From a virus (Duplodnaviria > Heunggongvirae > Uroviricota > Caudoviricetes): a DNA stretch of 7,226 nucleotides. Shown piece by piece: positions 1 through 5,785 of this stretch. The stretch's first letter is position 1. Each line of letters starts with the position of its first letter. The position numbers and the translations under genes are program-made. The stretch lies in the IMG/VR virus record IMGVR_UViG_2579778842_000006, positions 1-7,226 of that record. One strand, written 5' to 3'. The notes beneath the pieces are model-generated. The model was not told the origin of the DNA, did not search any database, and worked only from the letters and a program-made list of their open reading frames with translations.

Positions 1-232
1 AACCATAAGGCACTAACAGCCAGTGCGCCTGAAGGAAATGCAATAGGGAAATTACCTGTAGTTCCGTTAGTGTCCGCCCCATAAACATTCATCGAAAACA
101 TTTGGACAATATGACCACTTGGTAACTGAAACCAGTTTTTGCCAGATGGAAATGCAGACATATCTGGTATCTGATTTTCCCCTGTTCCCACGTTCCGTTT
201 TGCCGCTTCTCCCAAACCAACGTTTTTATGCA
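1..232 (-). CDS. Tail-fibre variable C-terminal cassette B, partial: runs off the left edge, has no start codon of its own, begins at crossover site 2
   Basis: Minus-strand frame open from 236 to position 1, with TGA at 239..237 just upstream. By hand translation it reads HKNVGLGEAAKRNVGTGENQIPDMSAFPSGKNWFQLPSGHIVQMFSMNVYGADTNGTTGNFPIAFPSGALAVSALW. The first residues (KNVGLGE) are encoded by the 26-bp crossover site, as in cassette A. First in-frame ATG is only at 161..159 and has no Shine-Dalgarno. Not in the supplied ORF track because it is open-ended. Confidence 0.45.
207..232. other. Hin/Gin/Cin/Pin-family crossover site 2 (TTCTCCCAAACC-AA-CGTTTTTATGCA), same orientation as site 1
   Basis: 26 bp with 12-bp half-sites flanking an AA core; the left half-site ends in the AAACC motif typical of hix/gix/cix sites (recalled from memory). 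Identical to site 1 at 21 of 26 positions, including an 18-bp perfect block (211..228 = 688..705). Overlaps the stop codon of cassette A and encodes the first residues of cassette B. Confidence 0.6.
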
Positions 233-744
233 GCTCTCACAATAAAGTTGAATGCAATATTGCGCGGTCGTGTTTCGCTCCCGCCTGTGTTACCAATACT
301 CCCTCGTGTATGTAGCGTTGGTGATGGAATCAGGGTTCCGCCTGCACTGGTACCATCCAGTCCCTTGCCCTGTGTATATGCTCTTCTGAAGATTGCCGCC
401 AGTTCCCATTCCTCTTTTGAGTCATACCCATCGTTGGCGACAACAGGATGACGGTGCTTTTCCAGCATTCCGGCCTGAATACTCAATAAAACACGTCCAG
501 CATCAATACCGCGCCCATCATCCCAGCCACGAATAAATTCACCGCGTAAATCAGGCAGTTTTCCTGACGGGTACGCTGTGGCTAGTTTGGGATACTTCAG
601 CTTATCAAAGGCAGCACCATTGCATTTTAGCCAGCCCTCTGGAGGTGTGGCTGAAGGCCACGGAACTGTTACACCAACAGGCAACGCAGAACCTTCCCCC
701 AAACCAACGTTTTTAACTTCGAAAACAGAGCTATCTAATAGCAT
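226..744 (-). CDS. Tail-fibre variable C-terminal cassette A (Mu S / P1 S / e14 StfE-type receptor-binding domain); the functional cassette probably begins at crossover site 1 rather than at the ATG
   Basis: 172-aa ORF. Contains VPWPSATPPEGWLKCNGAAFDKLKYPKLATAYPSGKLPDLRGEF and ends NIAFNFIVRAA, matching the conserved C-terminus of Mu/P1/e14-type tail-fibre variable domains (recalled from memory). No Shine-Dalgarno before the ATG at 744 (minus-strand upstream sequence GTTTCTGTTAGTAAAA); in-frame stop at 774..772. The N-terminal KNVGLGEG is encoded by the crossover site. Confidence 0.75.
   Translation of the reverse strand: MLLDSSVFEVKNVGLGEGSALPVGVTVPWPSATPPEGWLKCNGAAFDKLKYPKLATAYPSGKLPDLRGEFIRGWDDGRGIDAGRVLLSIQAGMLEKHRHPVVANDGYDSKEEWELAAIFRRAYTQGKGLDGTSAGGTLIPSPTLHTRGSIGNTGGSETRPRNIAFNFIVRAA
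684..709. other. Hin/Gin/Cin/Pin-family crossover site 1 (TTCCCCCAAACC-AA-CGTTTTTAACTT), invertase-proximal
   Basis: 26 bp with AAACC-AA-CGTTT centre; lies 64 bp upstream of the invertase start and within the 5' end of minus-strand cassette A. This is the position gixR occupies relative to gin and Sv' in phage Mu (established knowledge). Confidence 0.6.
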
Positions 745-772
745 TTTTACTAACAGAAACAGGATGCTTTTT

Positions 773-1372
773 ATGCAAATTGGCTATATTCGCGTATCAA
801 CAAATGACCAGAACACGGATTTGCAACGCAATGCGCTCAATAGCGCAGGATGTGAACTGATTTTTGAAGATAAAATCAGCGGAACAAAATCAGCCAGACC
901 GGGATTGAAAAAACTGCTCAGAACGTTATCAGCGGGGGATACGCTCGTTGTCTGGAAACTGGACAGGCTGGGCAGAAGCATGAAACACCTGATCACACTG
1001 ATTGAGGAATTGCGGAAAAAAGGTGTCAATTTTCGTAGTCTGACGGATTCAATTGATACCAGTACCCCAATGGGACGATTTTTCTTCCACGTGATGGGCG
1101 CCCTGGCTGAAATGGAACGTGAATTAATTGTAGAGCGTACACTGGCCGGACTGGCAGCAGCCCGCGCACAGGGGCGAATTGGTGGGCGTCGCCCGAAACT
1201 GACAAAAGAGCAACATGAGCAAATAGCGAGGCTGATTAAAAACGGCCACGACAGAAAACAGCTGGCCATAATTTACGACATCGGTATATCGACGATTTAT
1301 CGTTATCACCCTGTAGGTGACACGCAACCCGGAGGAATAATTGAGAATACTCAGGAAACAAAAAACCGCTAA
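773..1372 (+). CDS. pin: Serine DNA invertase, Hin/Gin/Cin/Pin family (small serine recombinase with C-terminal HTH)
   Basis: Translation from ATG 773 begins MQIGYIRVSTNDQNTDLQRNAL, with the catalytic Ser in the YIRVSTNDQ motif, then GDTLVVWKLDRLGRS and SLTDSIDTSTPMGRFFFHVMGALAEMERELIVERT, all hallmark invertase blocks. AGGA Shine-Dalgarno at 761..764. About 199 aa, typical size. The supplied ORF (578..1372) starts too far upstream; ATG 764 is an alternative start. Confidence 0.93.
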   Translation: MQIGYIRVSTNDQNTDLQRNALNSAGCELIFEDKISGTKSARPGLKKLLRTLSAGDTLVVWKLDRLGRSMKHLITLIEELRKKGVNFRSLTDSIDTSTPMGRFFFHVMGALAEMERELIVERTLAGLAAARAQGRIGGRRPKLTKEQHEQIARLIKNGHDRKQLAIIYDIGISTIYRYHPVGDTQPGGIIENTQETKNR

Positions 1373-1392
1373 TCTGAACATTAGCGGTTTTT
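1362..1392. terminator. Bidirectional rho-independent terminator between convergent invertase and U
   Basis: Perfect inverted repeat AAAACCGCTAAT (1362..1373) / ATTAGCGGTTTT (1380..1391) around a 6-nt loop CTGAAC. Followed by a T-run on the plus strand (1388..1392) and by TTTTTTGTTT on the minus strand (complement of 1356..1365). Includes the invertase stop codon and lies 10 nt past the U stop. Confidence 0.75.
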
Positions 1393-1400
1393 ACGTTAAA

Positions 1401-1889
1401 TCAGAACACCCCTTTAACTGAGCTGACCACATTGTTAAGGGATGATGTCACCTTATCTTTAAGACCGGACAGCATATCACTGAACGATGAGGATTGCAGG
1501 CGCTCCCGCAAATCCTCATCACAGCGTTCAAGGGTCAGGGAAAACTCTATCTTTTTCGCTTTCCCGTAGCGATCCAGTTCAGAGCGGGTCGTGCTCGTTT
1601 CAGTCAGAACATACATGCCGTAAATCTGCCCGACGCCATCAATCAGAGGCCACGGGCGTCCCGCATACGCCTGCGTGGCCAGCAGCGACAGCGACACTTC
1701 GCCGCCTGTAATCTCAGGATAAAGCACGCCGGAAAGAACGATGCGATCATCACCTGCACCGATATACTGCCAGCTTGCTGAACGGTTAACGCGCTCGTTT
1801 TTCACATGTCGCCAGCTTTTGTTTTGCTGTAACTGCTGATGCGGTAATGTGCGCAACTCAAAAACAAACATGCCGTAGATCATCATCAT
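1401..1889 (-). CDS. U: Tail protein U (P2 gpU family)
   Basis: 162 aa starting MMMIYGMFVFELRTLPHQQLQ, reminiscent of the P2 gpU N-terminus as I recall it; size matches. AAGGAG Shine-Dalgarno overlaps the stop codon of the upstream tape-measure gene. Confidence 0.85.
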   Translation of the reverse strand: MMMIYGMFVFELRTLPHQQLQQNKSWRHVKNERVNRSASWQYIGAGDDRIVLSGVLYPEITGGEVSLSLLATQAYAGRPWPLIDGVGQIYGMYVLTETSTTRSELDRYGKAKKIEFSLTLERCDEDLRERLQSSSFSDMLSGLKDKVTSSLNNVVSSVKGVF

Positions 1890-1900
1890 GGCACGACTCC

Positions 1901-4738
1901 TTACTCTTTATCATAAAAGCTACCACGCCCGGCACGGGTACGCCGCTCCAGTTCTGCCCTGACCATTTCGCCGACCAGTTTCGCCAGTTCGCGGGGATTC
2001 TGCGTAACAACGTTATGCAGATGGACATGAATTTCACCACCAAATTCGGGTGCCGCAGTCTCCCGGCTGCGGGAAGATGCGGAAACGGGCGCAACTGGCG
2101 CACGTGCGGCCTCCACGACCGGACGGGAGCTTGCTGCAACAACAGGGGGCAACACCGGAGATAACGGAGCCGGGACCACGGGTGTGATGTTGATTGCGGA
2201 AGCAGGCTTACTGACCTGCGCAATCTTCCGCTCCTGCCACTCCCCGCGAACAGCAAGCGCACGGGGCAGGTTCTTAAAGACAATATCACCGGGGCCGATA
2301 CGCTTTTTCGTCTCATCAACCAGCTTGCCTGTGTTATCTGCAATTTTGCTGAGCCTGCGCAGCGTGCCAGTGTTGTTGTCCGTGAGCGGCTTGTTGTCTT
2401 TAGGCTTATCGCCTCCGGTCCCTGTTTCCGCAGATTTCGGCGGATTGATTTTTGCCAGGTCCCCCTGAAGCAAAGCAACCTTGTCCTGAAGAATGGCCGC
2501 ACGCTGCGCGTCTTCGATTTTCTTTCTCGCCCTTTCCGCTTCATCTGGAAGGACGCCAAGTTTTTCCAGTATCCATGCCAGCGTATCCAGCAGCATTTTT
2601 GCAGGCGTCAGGACAAGCTGTAACGCACCGCCAAGAACGTTGCCGAACACCTCGCCAGCACTGGTGCATTTATCCAGCGTTTCCTTACTGGATTCCATCG
2701 GTGACAGCAGCGATGTAAACCAGTTAAAGACCTGAATCACGCCATCACGAACTAGTTCGAAAACAGGGCCAAACCGTTCAAAGGTTTCGCGTAACGGGGC
2801 CAGCCGCTCCATAATCCCGCTGAACACCCCGGCAAAAAATGCCCTGATTGGGTCCCAGTATTTCCAGATGAGAGCGGCAGCTCCGGCAAGCGCAGCCACG
2901 ATAAGACCGACCGGGCTGAACAACGCCCCGATAGCGCCTCCAAGTAAAGAGACGGAACCCGCCACCATTCCCCACAGCGCTGGCAGGACCCTGACAGCAT
3001 TCATTGATCCGGTCAGGAGGGAAAAACCAAGACGCAGTTTTGCCAGCGGGCCAGCAAGCACCCCAAGAGCCAGTGACAACGAGCCAACCGTTGCAGTCAT
3101 TGCCAGCAGCGCACCGCCTGCAATCAGTAGCTGGCGCGTCAGTGCCGGATGGGCCTGCGCCAGCTCCGTCACCTTTGAGACCACCCGAGTGAGCCACTGC
3201 GTGACAGAGCGCAGCGGACCGTCAATCAGATCCGCAATGCGGATACGCAGCCCCTCCCATGCACTGCCGAGTGATCTCAGGTCGCCATCAAGGTTATTGG
3301 CCATAACCTTTGCCGTGCGTTCAGCCTCACCGCGTGCGCCTTCAAGTTCTTTTCTCAGCTTGGGCAGAGAACCGTCACCTGCCGCATCAACGAGGGCCAT
3401 AAATGACGTGAAGGCCTCTTCTCCGGCTATGTCCTTAAAGAACGATACCCGGTCAACTTCCCCGTATTTGCGGGTGGCTTTATAAAGGTCGGCCAGCACA
3501 TCCTCCATCGGGCGCATTTTGCCGTTCGCATCAGAGACAGCCACACCAAGCTCTTTCAGCGCCTCTGCTGCCGCCTTTGGCGGTGATGCCAGACGAGCAA
3601 GGCTGGCACGCATTGCCGTCCCGGCATCACTCCCTCTGATACCCATATTCGCCAGCACGCCCGCCATCGCTGCGGCCTGCTCCAGCGATATTCCCAGCTT
3701 ACCCGCCACCGGACCTGCATATTTCATGGTTTCGCCCAGCGCGCGAAGGTCGGTGTTAGTACGGGTAAACGCCGCAGTAAGTGTGTCGCCGACCCGGTCC
3801 ATCTGGTCAGCAGAGAGACCGAACTGCGTCAGGATATTTGAGCCAATATCCGCCGTCTCGCCAAGGTCCATACCGCCAGCCGTTGCCATGCTCAGCACGC
3901 CGGGAAGCGCAGCCTGAATGGCTTCTGGTGTGAAGCCAGCCATAGCAAGAAATGCCTGCCCACTGGCGGCATCACTCGCAGTAAACTGCGTTTCAGAGCC
4001 GAGCTTTAGCGCCTGCTCACGCAGCGCCTTAAACTGCGGGCTGTTCTGGTCAATTCGCGTCAGCGCCTGCACACGGGACATCTCTTTCCCGAATCCGATA
4101 GCGGGCTGCAAAAAACGCCCGGCAGCATAGCCGCCAGCCGCTGCCGCACCAGTTGCCAGCGCACCACCCGTTTTCAGTTTTCCCGCTGTTTCCTGCGCGC
4201 GTGAATACTGCTCACGCGCCCGCGTTACACGCGCAAGCGCCTGTCGTTCGCGTTCAAGCTGGTTGTTGTACTGTTCGGTGCGTCTGATGGCCTGCTGGAT
4301 GGTGTTATCGCTGCCTGTCAGGGAAATACCGTGGCGTTTAAGCTCTCCGCCAAGCTCCCGCATTTTCTGAATTTCCCGCGTGCGCGATTCATTCAGGCGT
4401 TCAAGCCGGGTGCTTAACTGCTGCATCAGCCTTTGTTGTTTTTCGCTGAGCACAGTACCCGTGCGTTGTAACTGATGAAGGGCGTTAAGCTGGCGTCGTG
4501 CTTTCACGATGCCAGCATCCGCTTTACTGACAGCATCGCGGGCGCGCTCAAATGAACGCGCCTGACGCTCGAGATTTTTGATTGCCCCCTGCGTTTGCTG
4601 GATGGAGTCACCAAGCCGCCCCATCAGGCGGCGGGCGTTTTCGGCTGGCCGGGTCAGCCTGTCAACAGCACTGAAGGCGACCCGAATGTCAAGAGTCTTC
4701 ATTGTCTGCATTCCCACTGCGAAGTGCCGCCCGCTCAC
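1901..4738 (-). CDS. T: Tail tape-measure protein (P2 gpT-like); start codon uncertain
   Basis: About 945 aa, Ala/Leu/Gly/Arg-rich with coiled-coil-like segments and hydrophobic Gly/Ala-rich stretches. Sits between the E/E' chaperone pair and U as in P2. The ORF-track start at 4738 is a GTG; in-frame ATGs at 4711 and 4702 are alternatives. Confidence 0.88.
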   Translation of the reverse strand: MSGRHFAVGMQTMKTLDIRVAFSAVDRLTRPAENARRLMGRLGDSIQQTQGAIKNLERQARSFERARDAVSKADAGIVKARRQLNALHQLQRTGTVLSEKQQRLMQQLSTRLERLNESRTREIQKMRELGGELKRHGISLTGSDNTIQQAIRRTEQYNNQLERERQALARVTRAREQYSRAQETAGKLKTGGALATGAAAAGGYAAGRFLQPAIGFGKEMSRVQALTRIDQNSPQFKALREQALKLGSETQFTASDAASGQAFLAMAGFTPEAIQAALPGVLSMATAGGMDLGETADIGSNILTQFGLSADQMDRVGDTLTAAFTRTNTDLRALGETMKYAGPVAGKLGISLEQAAAMAGVLANMGIRGSDAGTAMRASLARLASPPKAAAEALKELGVAVSDANGKMRPMEDVLADLYKATRKYGEVDRVSFFKDIAGEEAFTSFMALVDAAGDGSLPKLRKELEGARGEAERTAKVMANNLDGDLRSLGSAWEGLRIRIADLIDGPLRSVTQWLTRVVSKVTELAQAHPALTRQLLIAGGALLAMTATVGSLSLALGVLAGPLAKLRLGFSLLTGSMNAVRVLPALWGMVAGSVSLLGGAIGALFSPVGLIVAALAGAAALIWKYWDPIRAFFAGVFSGIMERLAPLRETFERFGPVFELVRDGVIQVFNWFTSLLSPMESSKETLDKCTSAGEVFGNVLGGALQLVLTPAKMLLDTLAWILEKLGVLPDEAERARKKIEDAQRAAILQDKVALLQGDLAKINPPKSAETGTGGDKPKDNKPLTDNNTGTLRRLSKIADNTGKLVDETKKRIGPGDIVFKNLPRALAVRGEWQERKIAQVSKPASAINITPVVPAPLSPVLPPVVAASSRPVVEAARAPVAPVSASSRSRETAAPEFGGEIHVHLHNVVTQNPRELAKLVGEMVRAELERRTRAGRGSFYDKE

Positions 4739-5218
4739 GCCAGCTAACCACTTCGCCGGGCGTCATCATGAAGATTTCGGCGGGCGACCAGTTAAAAATA
4801 ACGGCAATATCTGCCACAAAGTCTTCTATGTGCTCAAAGCACACAACCGTGATCAGGCTTCCGTCGCCTGTTCGTTCTTCCCGCCAGAGTCCGCACCGCT
4901 CAAAAAATTTACGGCAACCACACATAACTGAATAAAGTCACGGGATGCCATTTTTTTGATCGTCACTTCATCCAGTCGCGGTGATGTCACGCGTGACAGC
5001 AGCGTAAACATGGATTCCGCTTTCAGATTCAGCACATCAGACAGCGACAAATCTCGCAGAGATCCAGCCTGCTCAATAGCCCCGGTGATCTCCACATACG
5101 TGATTTTTTCGCCGCCTCGCTCAATTGGTTGGGTAAGTTTTACGCCACGCTCACTGGTTTCTTTCACAGTGTCAGCAACTACCGTGTTTTCGGTATCGAT
5201 GTTTTTCGTCTCTTTCAT
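4689..5218 (-). CDS. E: Tail assembly chaperone fusion E+E', made by programmed -1 ribosomal frameshift at 4901..4907
   Basis: Zero-frame ORF 4853..5218 and -1-frame ORF 4689..4925 overlap at the heptamer T-TTT-TTG. The -1 frame continues to a stop at 4691..4689, overlapping the 5' end of T. Predicted fusion is about 176 aa. Confidence 0.7.
4853..5218 (-). CDS. E: Tail assembly chaperone E (P2 gpE family), zero-frame product
   Basis: 121 aa. AAAGGAG Shine-Dalgarno 7 nt before ATG 5218. Lies directly between the tube and tape-measure genes. Ends VVAVNFLSGADSGGKNEQATEA, with the slippery site in the NFL codons. Confidence 0.8.
   Translation of the reverse strand: MKETKNIDTENTVVADTVKETSERGVKLTQPIERGGEKITYVEITGAIEQAGSLRDLSLSDVLNLKAESMFTLLSRVTSPRLDEVTIKKMASRDFIQLCVVAVNFLSGADSGGKNEQATEA
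4901..4907 (-). other. Slippery heptamer T-TTT-TTG for programmed -1 frameshift (E to E')
   Basis: Plus strand reads CAAAAAA at 4901..4907. On the minus strand the zero-frame codons are AAT-TTT-TTG and the -1-frame codons are AAA-TTT-TTT-GAG. This is the classic X-XXY-YYZ arrangement; I recall the same heptamer for P2 E/E' and for lambda G/GT. Confidence 0.7.
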
Positions 5219-5272
5219 CAGGAAACTCCTTTCAGTCAGAGGCGACGCACTGCGCCGCCTGCATATTACTTA

Positions 5273-5785
5273 TCAGCCAAGCCCAAGCGCGGAACGGATA
5301 CGGTCAGGCACAATGTCCTTGCCGTCCTTCCGGTAGATGAAGTTCAGCAGGTCAATCTCCCACAACGGGCGATCGTTAACACTCAGCTTGTAGTAGGTGT
5401 TTTTAATGGCGTAAGTGTGTGATGTGGCTTCGCCCTGTTTGGCTTCCCCCATATCAATTTCCGTCACACGTCCGCGCATTTCGACTTCATACAGGTCGCT
5501 TTCTGCATCGGTGTAGTATTCACCCGCAAAACGCAGCAGCGTGCCGTCAATCGTGCCGCCATACTTAAGGAACAGCTCACGAACTGCGCCCCCCATGACA
5601 AAGCTCGCATCAAGCGCGGAGTCGTCCAGACCGAGATCAATACTTACCGCACCCATCATGCCGCCACCCCGGTAGCTGTCGGTTTTGCGCGTCAGCTTAG
5701 GCAGAGTGACGGACGTCACCTTACCCACTTCGTTTTCACCATCCACAAACAGCGTAAAAAAGCGAAGATGTTTTGGCACAGCCAT
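5273..5785 (-). CDS. FII: Major tail tube protein (P2 gpFII family)
   Basis: 170 aa, matching P2 FII in size and position immediately after the sheath gene. Its ATG (5785..5783) overlaps the sheath TGA stop by one nucleotide (TGATG), indicating translational coupling. Confidence 0.88.
   Translation of the reverse strand: MAVPKHLRFFTLFVDGENEVGKVTSVTLPKLTRKTDSYRGGGMMGAVSIDLGLDDSALDASFVMGGAVRELFLKYGGTIDGTLLRFAGEYYTDAESDLYEVEMRGRVTEIDMGEAKQGEATSHTYAIKNTYYKLSVNDRPLWEIDLLNFIYRKDGKDIVPDRIRSALGLG

Noticed and set aside
119-451. Plus-strand ORF of 110 aa
   Set aside because: It lies antisense to fibre cassettes A and B, spans crossover site 2, has no ribosome-binding site and its Pro/Leu/Ser-rich product has no recognisable features. 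Most likely a mirror ORF.
1-744. Diversity-generating retroelement as the source of fibre variation
   Set aside because: There is no reverse transcriptase ORF and no template/variable repeat pair. The repeated elements are 26-bp recombinase crossover sites next to a serine invertase, which points to inversion-based switching.
700-772. Sigma-70 promoter for the invertase
   Set aside because: Several AT-rich hexamers (TATCTA, TAATAG, TTTACT) are present but none pairs with a -35 element at 16 to 18 bp spacing, so the promoter cannot be placed confidently from sequence alone.
784-1381. Minus-strand ORFs 784..1269 and 1124..1381
   Set aside because: Both are antisense to the well-supported invertase gene, with low-complexity translations; treated as spurious.
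1487-1781. Plus-strand ORFs antisense to U (1487..1711 and 1494..1781)
   Set aside because: They overlap the gpU-homologous ORF on the opposite strand and have no start context.
1847-4130. Multiple ORFs on the plus strand, or in an alternative minus frame, inside the tape-measure gene (for example 1858..2559 minus, 2868..3485 plus, 3519..3917 plus)
   Set aside because: The tape-measure gene is GC-rich and Ala-rich, which produces long open frames on the opposite strand and in other frames. The translations are Arg/Ser/Pro/Ala-rich low-complexity sequence with no start signals.
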